Shown: positions 9,324 through 19,481, counted from the first letter of the stretch. The stretch: 64,000 nt of DNA from Candidatus Bathyarchaeota archaeon (GCA_963782525.1 CAWAKC010000007.1:320001-384000); one strand, 5' to 3'. The notes: generated by a model from the letters alone, not told the origin. Numbers and translations: made by a program.

Positions 9324-10080
9324 GCCTATACACCCAAAAATCCTTAAATATCATATGTTAGTTCTTGCTATATAAGATTTTCAAAGATGAAAATCTGGAG
9401 CTATTTACTTCAAACAGGCTCAAAGAGTGGAGCTATTTAATTAGAAATGATACAGGAGTTTGGTCATCGCCCATATTAGCTGACGATATAGTCTATTTTC
9501 ATTAAAACTATTGTAGCTTGTATGCTTTTGGAAACACAAATCATACCCCTCTCGCTATGATAACTTCTTTAAACTTGCAACTCTAAATACAAACGGACTT
9601 ACCCCTTGCTAACTTGTATGATTGCAATAACATCTAAAGAAAAACTATTCATTCAGTAGCGAGAGTATTTACATAAAAAGTGCGAGAAACTCATCTGTCA
9701 GTTTAGTTAAAAAAATAATTTGAAAAAAAATTCTCCTGAATCTTCTATAACGTGAACTGACAGATGCAGGTTCAGGACCTTAGGCTCTAATTAGTTGCTT
9801 CAAACCGTTAATTTACTGATAAAAAAAGAAAAAGAAGGGACACAAAAATCCAAACTAAATTTACTGATGACATCACTAGGTGCTCCGTGGCCCAAATTAG
9901 ACCAAGAACACTTTATCAAAGAGATAAGCTGATTGTTGAAAAAAAGGTGACTTTGCGAGAGATTTGCCGTTTTAATATTATAGATGCCACAAAAGACCCG
10001 TGTGTTTTCAGTAGAGCTTACTTTAGAAAAAAAAGGGAAAGTTGCGGAGAAACTTGAGTGCTGATATCGCCTCTTTCACT

Positions 10081-10106
10081 GGGGTTTGAATCCCTTCCCC
10101 GGCGCC
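10081..10106 (+). repeat. attR-like duplicate of the tRNA-Ser 3' end
   Basis: 25/26 nt identical to 5322-5347. Confidence 0.85.
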
Positions 10107-10485
10107 TTTCAACAGTATTCACGGCAGCTATTCCCTTGCATAAAGTACGGCTTTTTAGTTAGCATTCATAAGTTATCATAGCAGTCTTTGTGGCAGATTT
10201 TTCCGTACGTTTCTTGACGTATCCCTGTACTTGTATTGTTTAGACAAAATCTGGCTATAGGTAGGATCACCTTACTAAAAGAAACCCTTCACCTCAATCA
10301 TTTTTTATTTATATTTCGGAAGGCTTTGAACACGGATATGTGGCAAGATCTCGGATTTTCGAATGGAAATTCACAGGCAGATTAGAACCAAGAGCTGTTA
10401 AGGCAGTGAATTATTAAGAATTGCACGGCTGTTCCTAAAATAGTTTGCAAAGAATCACGCTCTCTCACAAGAACTCCTAAATGTC

Positions 10486-10716
10486 GCAGAAAATAGATCC
10501 GTCAACATACAACCACACTCACACCCACACAACCCAACATAGCAACAATGTTGACTGTGTGGCACAATCCCTCTCCCACACTCAAACAGCAAGCCAAAAA
10601 CAGCCCAAACCAAAAAAGCAACCATTCCCAAAGCCACAAGTGTGGTGTGCAATCCTACGCCACCACACCCACACAAAGAACAAAAAACGAATAGCATAGG
10701 GTTCAAATCCCTTCTC
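10486..10716 (+). repeat. Dispersed C/A-rich element ending in a tRNA T-arm-like motif, copy 1
   Basis: Aligns with the reverse complement of 58294-58565 and shares GGGTTCAAATCC plus a hairpin. Confidence 0.6.
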
Positions 10717-10721
10717 TATGG

Positions 10722-12617
10722 CTAATTACCGTCTAATCTTTCTTGCTTCAGTAATTTCGTTTTCTTCAAGTAAAATGCTGCAGCAATGGCTATGATACCA
10801 GCTAAAAGTAGCGTTAGAATTATGTAGAAAGTTATTTCGTCGTGGTTGATTGTTGGTTTTGGGCTGCTTTCTGTTGCTTGGATAGGTGTGTTAAGGGTTT
10901 GGATGTTCAAGTCTTTGAAGGATACTGCGTTGTCCACATTGTTTGCAATTAAAAGTATCATGCTATTGTTGCCTGCATCGTAGGAGGTTGCTTTGCTTGC
11001 AATTACAGTTCCATTTGCATCTTCCAGTTTAGTGGCTATTCCGTTCATAGATATAACCGATGAAATGCTGTACCAAGTATTTTCGATTAAATGGTCTGTA
11101 GCATTAACAAAGACAGTGTTGCCTTGATTATCCAATATGTTTGTCAAATCATAGCCGCTTAGTCCCTGAAAGCTTAAACTGTAATTATCTGAGGAGTTAC
11201 TTTGCAGTGTCAAGCAGAATTGGTTGTTGATGGTTTGATTAAAATCGTCAGGTAATGATAGAGGCTCCAATCCCTGGGGTACATTCGCTGGCACTACAAA
11301 CGTTCTTTCAGGTATGAGTAGAGAATGGTTCTGTCTACCTGCCCCCCTCATCGAAATCTCTCGTGCGGGAACGGTTACTGTTTGTGTTTGAACATTTGAA
11401 GGCTCATGTCCTGTAGGCAGTATCATGAAATCGTAGCTGAAGGAAACATTGGTTCCAAGCGGGATGCTGAGAAAATCGTTGACACCCAGATAAGGACGCA
11501 GTTCATAGTTTGCTAGACCATCGTGACCAAAAATGTAGTTGTATTCAGGAGTCTGGAATTGAACAAGGAATTCGGGACCCACAAAAACTGCGAAGGTTTC
11601 GCTATCGGCACCTGCGTATTTTGAATCACCACTCCAGCTTGCCGTAACATAGTAAGTTCCTGTTTGAGTAAAATTCCAAAGCCACAGAAACCCGCCGTAA
11701 CTATTGGTAAAGTTTCCAGAGCAATCGATGCATGCGCCGTTGTGATAGATGTAAAATGTGATGTTTTTGTCTGGTTGCGCAGGTGAGATTAAGCCGGAAA
11801 TTACTAGTGCACGCGAGTTATTTTGGTTGATTAGTGGTTGTTGAGAAAGATTTAGGCTTATTGAAGAAGAAACCAAGGGATAGTCTAATCCCGCTGAAAC
11901 ACGTGCAAGTGAAGAGTCGCCCGCTGTATTGCCAAGAGAAATAATCTCCGCCTGTGCGTTGGCGACAGAATCGGATTGGTCACCGACTTTCCAATCCATC
12001 TTAGCTGTAGCTTCAGCGGTCCAGTATGTTTTGTTGTTGTATTCAAAACTTGTCGGCGTCATAAGCAAAGTGTGGTAGGCTGGACTATATGGAAGATAAA
12101 CTCCTACATTCATATGTCCAGGGTCGATTCCCACATAGTGAATTAAAACAACATCCAACCCTCCAGCCTTCATGATTGAAGCAGCCAGAAGCGACAGGCC
12201 AACGCAATCCGCTGAGTTTTGAACGAGAGTTTCAACAGGATATGCTGCGTCAGTTACTTTGTAGGGAATTTCATGAACCAGTGACAAGACGGCGTCAGCA
12301 AACTGTTCATTGCGATTGGGAAGATATGAGGTTTTGTTTAGAATACATTCTGCAATGGGTTCGACAGCTTGAGGTGTTATTAAATGAGCATAGTCAGCGT
12401 CACTGTTTATTTTGTGAGTTAAGTTTCCAAAGTAGTTGTAAACGGAAGGTGGAATTGAAATGTAAAGTTTATGGCTTAAAACTTCGAATTGAGCCCGAAA
12501 ATTAGGAGTATTACCGTTGCTATCGGCGACAGAGGTGGAGATTAGGAAAGAAGATAGGAGAACGCTCAATAGAAGTACGCTGGCTTTGAGGGATTTAAAA
12601 TGCATCCGAAACCCCAA
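10722..12617 (-). CDS. Secreted transglutaminase-like cell-surface protein with Ig-like domains and a C-terminal TM anchor
   Basis: Signal peptide, YPVETL..ADCVGLSLLAAS..GHMNVGV..AEAT (Cys/His/acidic), C-terminal TM plus basic tail. Start may be the ATG at 12605. Confidence 0.72.
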   Translation of the reverse strand: MGFRMHFKSLKASVLLLSVLLSSFLISTSVADSNGNTPNFRAQFEVLSHKLYISIPPSVYNYFGNLTHKINSDADYAHLITPQAVEPIAECILNKTSYLPNRNEQFADAVLSLVHEIPYKVTDAAYPVETLVQNSADCVGLSLLAASIMKAGGLDVVLIHYVGIDPGHMNVGVYLPYSPAYHTLLMTPTSFEYNNKTYWTAEATAKMDWKVGDQSDSVANAQAEIISLGNTAGDSSLARVSAGLDYPLVSSSISLNLSQQPLINQNNSRALVISGLISPAQPDKNITFYIYHNGACIDCSGNFTNSYGGFLWLWNFTQTGTYYVTASWSGDSKYAGADSETFAVFVGPEFLVQFQTPEYNYIFGHDGLANYELRPYLGVNDFLSIPLGTNVSFSYDFMILPTGHEPSNVQTQTVTVPAREISMRGAGRQNHSLLIPERTFVVPANVPQGLEPLSLPDDFNQTINNQFCLTLQSNSSDNYSLSFQGLSGYDLTNILDNQGNTVFVNATDHLIENTWYSISSVISMNGIATKLEDANGTVIASKATSYDAGNNSMILLIANNVDNAVSFKDLNIQTLNTPIQATESSPKPTINHDEITFYIILTLLLAGIIAIAAAFYLKKTKLLKQERLDGN

Positions 12618-12792
12618 CGAACGGTTTTTTACGTGGGTTACTTTGAGTACTTTGAATTAAGTTGGGTATATACCTTTTGAGAATCCGCGTTTTGCTACCA
12701 ATTAGCTCGAGTTTTTCTAAATGAAAGTTTAGCAATGCATTAAGCTGCACTTATTTACCCTTAAGCGTCTACATAGTTCTAGGAGATATCTC

Positions 12793-13386
12793 TTGATGGA
12801 CCCCGTCCGTATTTACTTAGCTGGCCCCGAAGTCTTCCTCAAAAACGCAAAAGAGGTAGGCGAACAAAAGAAAACTCTATGCAGAAAATACGGTTTTGAA
12901 GGCGTGTTTCCCCTGGACAATGAAGTGGACGCCTCGGGTAAAAGCCCAAGGGAAGTTGGTTTATGCATTAGCATAGTGAATGAGGGTTTGATTAAAACCT
13001 GCGACTTTGTGATTGCGAACATTACTCCGTTTAGGGGTCCAAGCGCTGATGTGGGAACCGTCTATGAGATGGGTTTTGCACATGCATTGGGGAAAAAGGT
13101 GTTTGCCTACACCAAAACTGCTGTACTGTTTACTCAGCGCACGGTGAGAGTTCTCAATTTACAAGTTACCCGCAGCAGCGATGGAAAATTAAGAGACTCC
13201 CACGGCATGTTCATTGAAGAAGTAAATTTAACCGATAACCTGATGATAGACGGATGCGTTAATGCAAGCAGCAGACTTTTAGTCGTTGAAGAAGCACCTG
13301 CCGATCAGTTGTTCACTTATTTTGTCGGGTTCGAAAAATGCCTTAAAGCTGCGCAAGAGACTATAAAAAATAGAGCAAAAAAATAA
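12793..13386 (+). CDS. Nucleoside 2-deoxyribosyltransferase family protein
   Basis: IYLAGPEVF and FRGPSADVGTVYEMGFAHALGK motifs. Confidence 0.88.
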   Translation: MMDPVRIYLAGPEVFLKNAKEVGEQKKTLCRKYGFEGVFPLDNEVDASGKSPREVGLCISIVNEGLIKTCDFVIANITPFRGPSADVGTVYEMGFAHALGKKVFAYTKTAVLFTQRTVRVLNLQVTRSSDGKLRDSHGMFIEEVNLTDNLMIDGCVNASSRLLVVEEAPADQLFTYFVGFEKCLKAAQETIKNRAKK

Positions 13387-13406
13387 AAGAAATGCGAAAT
13401 TGTTTT

Positions 13407-13703
13407 TTAGCCCATTATTGTTGGGTGGGCATCCTCTTCGTTGATGTGATGCATTACATGAAGCGCCAAACCTGTGGCGGCGCCAGCTGATAGTCCAACT
13501 AGCAAATAAGTTAGCCATGTGTAACCACCGAGTAATCCAATTACGGCTAAGACGTCAAATCCTAGTGCAATAGCGAGGTAGCCTACGCACCACATTTTAA
13601 CACTCATTCCCCGAGGCTTGTTTATGCCTATGCCGCCCAATGCTCCGAACATTATAAGAAAGCCGACTAATGCGTAGATCCAATCGTAACTCAATCCAAT
13701 CAC
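13407..13703 (-). CDS. Small three-TM membrane protein
   Basis: Three hydrophobic segments filling an intergenic gap. Confidence 0.6.
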   Translation of the reverse strand: MIGLSYDWIYALVGFLIMFGALGGIGINKPRGMSVKMWCVGYLAIALGFDVLAVIGLLGGYTWLTYLLVGLSAGAATGLALHVMHHINEEDAHPTIMG

Positions 13704-13843
13704 CGTTTAAGTTGGCTATGTTCCCAACGGAGGTTAATTAGCTTATCGAATTGACTTCTGCTTTTGAGACGCATCACAGTTAAGCAGGTAACGTACCGTT
13801 AACCTTTTTTACCCATGACTGGGAATCTTTAAGCCTTAAGGGT

Positions 13844-15925
13844 GTGGACACAGTAACAAACTTTGACGCCAGACAATGTCATAAATGGGCACAGCTATTG
13901 CTTGAGCGAAAACAGAAACTTACCCAAGCTTCAAGCGCAATCTCAAACCAGGATTTTGATTCAGCGAAAAAATTGAATAACCAAATTTTTAACGGGTTTA
14001 TGGGCGGCAAACAAGCTGACCCAGGCATGGCAGGGTCGCTTCTGTATCATATGGCTATGGTTTCGAAGATGGAGTCAGAAACACAAGTTCTGCTTGAAGC
14101 ATTGAATGTAAAGTTGCCATATGTCTCTGTTCAGTTAGGCATGATTTATTGTGATTTTGAATCTGACGCTAAAGAGCTCCTCAAAACAGTAGCCTCTCTC
14201 CCCTTAGGTCTAAAAGAAATAGCAACAAGCCCAAGATTGACAAGCGAGGAAAAAATCGAACTATTCACAAAACTAAAGCAAGAAAACAAAAAAGTCGAAG
14301 CCCTCCTAAACAGCAAGAATCCCAAAGCAACTGAAGCGTTGGAGCAACTGTTCGCCGACTGGGCTGAGCAAGTTATTCGGATGCGTCTTATCCAAGAGTA
14401 CGAAACAATCAAAGGGTTACTGGTTACAGCTGAATTAGCTAAAACAATAGGGTTACCTGCTCTTGAAAAAGCCATGTCAGATGTGCAGGAAAAGTTCGGT
14501 AAGGAAACTGTCGACATCGCCCTCGACGTAACTTTGAAGGTTGGAATGCGCCGAGAAAAGCTGCAGTCAGTCATGTTAAGCGACCACTTCATCAACATGG
14601 CTATGAGCAATGAAACCCTCGATGGGAAAATGGAGTTCCTAAACTGCCCTATCTACGGAGGCCACAAGTACGCCCAAGAAAAATATGGCGTCAGCGACAA
14701 GGTTTCGAATTTGTTCTGTAAACATTTCTGTTTTGCTCACGCCAAAGCGATGCTCGACACCGTCTTGCCTTTCCCATTCACACTCTGGCAGCCTAAACTG
14801 ATAGCAACCCATGGCAACTGTGAATTCTATCTAAAACTCGCCCATTCACCAGAAGCAGAGAAACCGGAACGGTATGTTCCCCTAGTTATGTCTTGGAACG
14901 TTACCCGCGAATGCAACATGAAATGCAGCCACTGCTACATCAACGCAACCGAAAACAAACTTGCCCACGAATTAACCACCGAAGAAGGCAAAAAACTCAT
15001 GGACCAAATATGCCAAGTAAGCAAGCCCCTGCTCATTCTCAGCGGCGGCGAACCCCTCTTGCGCCCAGACATATACGAGTTAATCAAGTATGGCGCATCT
15101 AAGGGTTTGAAGATGGGGTTGGGAAGCAACGGAAGCCTCATCGACGACGTTGTGGCTGCCAAACTTAAGGCGGCTGGTATAGCAACGGTTTCCATCAGCT
15201 TGGATTCTCATATTCCAGCGCAGCACGATGAGTTCCGAGGCGTTGAGGGGGCATGGCAAAAAGCCGTCAACGCATGCAAGGCACTACGAAAAAACAACGT
15301 GCTTGTCCAGGTAAACACCACCTTAACTCAACAGAATTACGACCAAATCGACGACATCATGAATTTAGCCGAGGAAATAGGCGTCGAAAACTTCCACCTC
15401 TTCTTCCTTGTCCCAACGGGCCGCGGCTCAAAACTAACCGATATTTCACCTCAAAAATACGAAGACATGATTTCTAATACCTTTGCCAAAGTTACTAAAC
15501 ACAAGTTGAACGTGCGACCCTCCTGTGCGCCACAGTTCATGCGCATTGCCAAGGGCATGGGCTTAGATATGAGACAATGGGTTCGCGGCTGCATGGCAGG
15601 TTTATACTACTGTCGCATCTACCCCAACGGAGACGTAACCCCCTGCCCCTACCTACCTGTTAAACTTGGCAACATCAAAGAAAAAACCTTCAAAGAAATC
15701 TGGTTTGACTCACCCATCTTCAAAGCCCTGCGGGATCCAAATGCGCTCAAAGGCAAATGCGGGAAATGTGACTACCGCACCTTATGCGGGGGTTGCAGGG
15801 CACGTGCTTATGGGCTTTCAAGCGACTTCATCGATTACTGCGGCGACCTACACGAACCAGGAGAACTAAAAAACGATTACCTCACTGAGGACCCTTGGTG
15901 TGTGTACCAACCAAAAACCCTTTAA
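13844..15925 (+). CDS. Radical SAM/SPASM protein (AhbD/NirJ2-like) with a ~340 aa N-terminal extension
   Basis: WNVTRECNMKCSHCY, LSGGEPLLR, PSCAPQFMRIA, GCMAG and CGKC..CGGCRARA (SPASM) motifs. Confidence 0.85.
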   Translation: MDTVTNFDARQCHKWAQLLLERKQKLTQASSAISNQDFDSAKKLNNQIFNGFMGGKQADPGMAGSLLYHMAMVSKMESETQVLLEALNVKLPYVSVQLGMIYCDFESDAKELLKTVASLPLGLKEIATSPRLTSEEKIELFTKLKQENKKVEALLNSKNPKATEALEQLFADWAEQVIRMRLIQEYETIKGLLVTAELAKTIGLPALEKAMSDVQEKFGKETVDIALDVTLKVGMRREKLQSVMLSDHFINMAMSNETLDGKMEFLNCPIYGGHKYAQEKYGVSDKVSNLFCKHFCFAHAKAMLDTVLPFPFTLWQPKLIATHGNCEFYLKLAHSPEAEKPERYVPLVMSWNVTRECNMKCSHCYINATENKLAHELTTEEGKKLMDQICQVSKPLLILSGGEPLLRPDIYELIKYGASKGLKMGLGSNGSLIDDVVAAKLKAAGIATVSISLDSHIPAQHDEFRGVEGAWQKAVNACKALRKNNVLVQVNTTLTQQNYDQIDDIMNLAEEIGVENFHLFFLVPTGRGSKLTDISPQKYEDMISNTFAKVTKHKLNVRPSCAPQFMRIAKGMGLDMRQWVRGCMAGLYYCRIYPNGDVTPCPYLPVKLGNIKEKTFKEIWFDSPIFKALRDPNALKGKCGKCDYRTLCGGCRARAYGLSSDFIDYCGDLHEPGELKNDYLTEDPWCVYQPKTL

Positions 15926-16189
15926 GTCTTAGATGTCTTTCAGAAACTTCAACAGGCAGTTAAAAAGGCTTTGGCAGCCCGCAACACAGCGTTTCAAATA
16001 ACTGTGGACCGCCAAAATGAACTTTGGACGGCGAAAACATGCAAGGAGTCCACACCTCCCCAGATTCGATCAAAGCGGTTAAAGTACCAGCCCCACATTC
16101 CACGACTAATTTCTTTAATCGAAAAATAAACAGGCGTTAGGAGGCCAGTCAAGATTACACATGCTGGTCTCTCAAAAAGTTTCTTTGGA

Positions 16190-17353
16190 ATGTTCAAAGA
16201 AACGGCTCTGGCATGTCTCTTCGACATCGGTGGCTTAATCGCCGGCTTCACGATTGCATTGCAACTGGGCGTTTTCCAGCTTTCGCCATGGGCAATAGCA
16301 CTCTACCCTGCAGTTGTAAGCGTGAAAGGCGTAATCACTGGTCTTTTAACTGGACGCTTAAGCACCGCACTGCATCTTGGAACCATTTACCCAAAATTCT
16401 TTGGAAATACAAGGATATTCTACAGGCTTCTTGGAGCCATGGTTGTTTTAACTCTGGCAACGAGCGGTACGATTAGCGCGATAGCGATGGTTTTTGGGAC
16501 TTTGTTTTGGGGTATGGCAATCAGTGATTTTGCAGCTGTCTTGACGGTTATGGTGGCGACGTTGTCTTTGGGGCTGCTTATAACTTTGATAACTGTGAAG
16601 TTCACGTTTATTTCTTTCAAGAACAGCTTAGATCCCGACACAATCGTTTACCCAGCCATCTCGACCGTGGCTGACATCATAATAACGTTCCTCTACATCG
16701 GAGTGTTGCACCTGTATTTTTCGGGGGCAATCGGTAGTTGGGCTCTAATCATTTTTGGGTTAATCAACGTGGTTCTAGTCCTAATAATCGTGCCACGCAA
16801 CATAAGGGACAGGGAATTTCTAAGAATAATTAAAGAATCTTTGCCGACCATGCTTTTAGTCGCTTTTATGGTAAACATAACAGGAACGGTTCTTAAGGGC
16901 ATAAGCAACCTTGCGGCTGGTCGAAGGGAAATCTATACTATTTACCCAGCCATAATCGACATGATGGGTGACGTTGGGTTAGTGGTGGGTTCAGCGGCAA
17001 CGACCAAACTTGCGTTAGGCGTCCTTACCCCATCACTGTTGTCGATAAAGAATCATGCTAAAAACATTTTTAGTGCTTGGACCGCGACCCTCATGCTCTT
17101 CGCTGTCTTGGGCTTCTTGTCTTTAGCATTAAACGGAATGTTGTCTACGCAGGGAGTTTTTAGTCTGTTACCGATACTTTTCGTTTCCAACGTAATTGCT
17201 TTTACCGCAATCGTGGTCGTCTCATATGCAATTTCCATATTAACTTTTAAAAGAGGCTTAGACCCCGACAACTTTGTCATTCCTGTCGAAAGTTCCATAG
17301 CTGACGCAATTACAACCATCGCATTGTTTGTTACATTGCTTTTAATATTGTAG
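16190..17353 (+). CDS. MgtE/SLC41-type divalent cation transporter with duplicated membrane domain
   Basis: GRLSTALHLG, LDPDT..STVAD and RGLDPDNFVIP..IAD motifs. Confidence 0.85.
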   Translation: MFKETALACLFDIGGLIAGFTIALQLGVFQLSPWAIALYPAVVSVKGVITGLLTGRLSTALHLGTIYPKFFGNTRIFYRLLGAMVVLTLATSGTISAIAMVFGTLFWGMAISDFAAVLTVMVATLSLGLLITLITVKFTFISFKNSLDPDTIVYPAISTVADIIITFLYIGVLHLYFSGAIGSWALIIFGLINVVLVLIIVPRNIRDREFLRIIKESLPTMLLVAFMVNITGTVLKGISNLAAGRREIYTIYPAIIDMMGDVGLVVGSAATTKLALGVLTPSLLSIKNHAKNIFSAWTATLMLFAVLGFLSLALNGMLSTQGVFSLLPILFVSNVIAFTAIVVVSYAISILTFKRGLDPDNFVIPVESSIADAITTIALFVTLLLIL

Positions 17354-17412
17354 CACAAAGCACAATTAAAATATCCTAGACCAAGCATCTTAAATGGTGG
17401 AGCACTCTTCAG

Positions 17413-18609
17413 TTGCCTCAATTCGAAAAAATAGTTTATAAACCCATTCCAGTCCGAGAACTTTTGCTCGAAATGAAAAATCTCTCGGAGTTAATGATTG
17501 ATTTAGCTTATTCAGCAGCCCTCTACAATGACAAGGACCTTGCAGAAGACGTACTTGCATTGGAGAGAAGGGTGGATTCTCTCTCCTACCTTTTAGACAT
17601 GGAGATTATGGTTGCTGCACGAGATGCAAAAGACGCAGAAGCATTAATCGGCGTCTCAATCGTTGCAGCATCTACCGATAAAATTTCAGATGCAGCCGCA
17701 GACATAGCAGCCATAGTTACTCGCAACATCGGCATTCACCCGATCATCGGAGAAATCTTCCAGAAAGTTGAAGAGCGCCTAATGAAAGTTACAGTTAAAC
17801 CAAACTCGGAAATCATCAAGAAAACAATCGAGGAACTTAATTTAGCGCAAAGAATGGGCGTCGATATCATTGCCATCCGCAGAAACCATGATTGGATTCT
17901 AAATCCTAAAGAAACCGAAACGGTGTTTCAGGGAGACATTTTAATCACTCGGGGAGCGCCATCGGGCATTGAAGAATTTAAAGGGTTAGCGGAAGGCAAA
18001 TTAGCGACGTTAGACACGGAAAAACGTGCTAAATTTGAAGAAATAGTTTCCAGGTTCGTGGAGCTGAAGGATACTTCAGAGTTGATGATAGATTTAGCAT
18101 ACTCCTCTTTGATGCTAAACAGTAAAGAGTTGGCTGAAGAGGTAGAGCAGCTTGAAGAACGCATGGATCAGTTACATACAGATTTTGAGTTGCTTGCATT
18201 AACAAGTGATTTTACGAAAGATGAGGCGTCAGGCTTTCTTGGGTTGATCAGGTTAGGAGTTGCGACGGAAAAGATTGCTGACGCAGCTGCGGATATGGCG
18301 GAAGTAGTTTTAAGAGGAATTGAACCCCACCCCATTTTGACACTGACAATTAAAGAGGCGGAAGAGACCGTTGCTCAAGCATGTGTAACTTTGGAGTCTC
18401 CACTGGTCGGCAAATCCCTAAAGGAAGCGCGTGTACATGAGGAAACTGGCATGTGGGTTTTAGTCATAAAGAGGAAAGATAGCTGCGTGCGTCCTCGTGG
18501 AGATTCAAAGATTGAGTCGGGAGATGTGTTGATTGCCTCAGGATACGCTGAGGGTGCTGATGCTTTAAAGAAGCTGGCATCTCCAACCCAAACATGCAAC
18601 GTTGAGTAA
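17413..18609 (+). CDS. Tandem PhoU + TrkA-C domain protein
   Basis: Two repeats of KxxSELMIDLAYS..KI(S/A)DAAAD, each followed by a TrkA-C domain. Confidence 0.85.
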   Translation: MPQFEKIVYKPIPVRELLLEMKNLSELMIDLAYSAALYNDKDLAEDVLALERRVDSLSYLLDMEIMVAARDAKDAEALIGVSIVAASTDKISDAAADIAAIVTRNIGIHPIIGEIFQKVEERLMKVTVKPNSEIIKKTIEELNLAQRMGVDIIAIRRNHDWILNPKETETVFQGDILITRGAPSGIEEFKGLAEGKLATLDTEKRAKFEEIVSRFVELKDTSELMIDLAYSSLMLNSKELAEEVEQLEERMDQLHTDFELLALTSDFTKDEASGFLGLIRLGVATEKIADAAADMAEVVLRGIEPHPILTLTIKEAEETVAQACVTLESPLVGKSLKEARVHEETGMWVLVIKRKDSCVRPRGDSKIESGDVLIASGYAEGADALKKLASPTQTCNVE

Positions 18610-18706
18610 TTCATAATCTTTAGTTTAAATTCATCAATGCTATAAGGCAGCAGCCGCAATTGCTGTTCAAGCAGGTTTGCCATATAGAAGTGTGGGGAAT
18701 AAGAAA

Positions 18707-19048
18707 ATGCTAACATGCCAAAATAGCTCTTGCAAAAAAACCTTTGAAGCCCCATTAAAAACCCTGAATCTCCAGGCAGCCCCAACAGAAATCTTCAACG
18801 CTTGCCCCTATTGTTTAACTAAAATTAAAGAACCTGAAAAATCCCTTGAAATTCAACTTGAAAATCTGCAAGCAAAAGTAAACCAAGTAAGAACTAAAGA
18901 GACACCCGATAAAAATAACGATGATCCAATAAAATGCCATTTTCACCAAGGCTACTTAAGTGAAAGAACCTCGAAAGAGAATATTCCAGATGAATGTCTC
19001 GTTTGCAAGGACATACTGGAATGCATGCTTAGAAAAATGCGTGAATAA
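18707..19048 (+). CDS. Small Cys-rich putative zinc-binding protein
   Basis: CQNSSC..CPYC and C-terminal CHFH..CLVC..C motifs. Confidence 0.7.
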   Translation: MLTCQNSSCKKTFEAPLKTLNLQAAPTEIFNACPYCLTKIKEPEKSLEIQLENLQAKVNQVRTKETPDKNNDDPIKCHFHQGYLSERTSKENIPDECLVCKDILECMLRKMRE

Positions 19049-19115
19049 CAAACAATTTTTTGCTTTTATAAAAATAAAAAAACTGAAAAGAAAAATATGA
19101 GAAAAGAGTGAAAGT

Positions 19116-19481
19116 TTATTTCTTTTTCTTTGCTGCAGATTTTTCTTCGGCAGAAGCGTCAGGTGCTTTCATCGGTTCGGTTGCTTCAACTTTCGGCTCT
19201 TCTTTCTTTTCTTCCATTTCGGTTGTGATTTCTTCGATTGGTTTTGGCGGGGGTGTTGTTGCCATTGTCCAGCCTATCCATGCTCCGATGAACAGGATAG
19301 CTACGAAAGCGACAAAGACTGGGACAGCGATGAGCCAGAATCGGACATCTGCAGATGAGCCAATGTTAAGCCATGGTTGGATTAATTGTTGATAACCGAA
19401 TAGTGCAACTAAGTAAACTACAGCGACCACTACGCATACTAGTAATATTGCTCCACCTATTGCTTGATCTTTGCTAACCAT
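19116..19481 (-). CDS. Two-TM membrane protein (DPM2/PIG-P-like pattern)
   Basis: DQAIGGAILL..AVPVFVAFVAILFIGAWIGWTMATTPPP with a charged tail. Confidence 0.75.
   Translation of the reverse strand: MVSKDQAIGGAILLVCVVVAVVYLVALFGYQQLIQPWLNIGSSADVRFWLIAVPVFVAFVAILFIGAWIGWTMATTPPPKPIEEITTEMEEKKEEPKVEATEPMKAPDASAEEKSAAKKKK

Larger units (their letters stand above)
5322..10106. mobile_element. Degenerate ~4.8 kb genomic island integrated at the tRNA-Ser 3' end
   Basis: Direct repeat GGGGTT(C/T)GAATCCCTTCCCCGGCGCC at 5322-5347 and 10081-10106 (25/26 identical) encloses accessory cargo. No integrase is visible. Confidence 0.75.

Noticed and set aside
9330-10450. Integrase or transposase remnant
   Set aside because: No tyrosine-recombinase or DDE motifs were found in the frames I read manually.
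10455-10706. ORFs 10455..10706, 10481..10699, 58345..58542, 4986..5201 and 5428..5787 as proteins
   Set aside because: They are low-complexity translations of strand-skewed repeat DNA, and the shared similarity is better explained at the DNA or structure level.
16001-16052. Hairpins (GTGGAC..GTCCAC) upstream of the MgtE-like gene as a metal riboswitch
   Set aside because: No M-box or yybP-ykoY consensus is recognisable and the stems are short.
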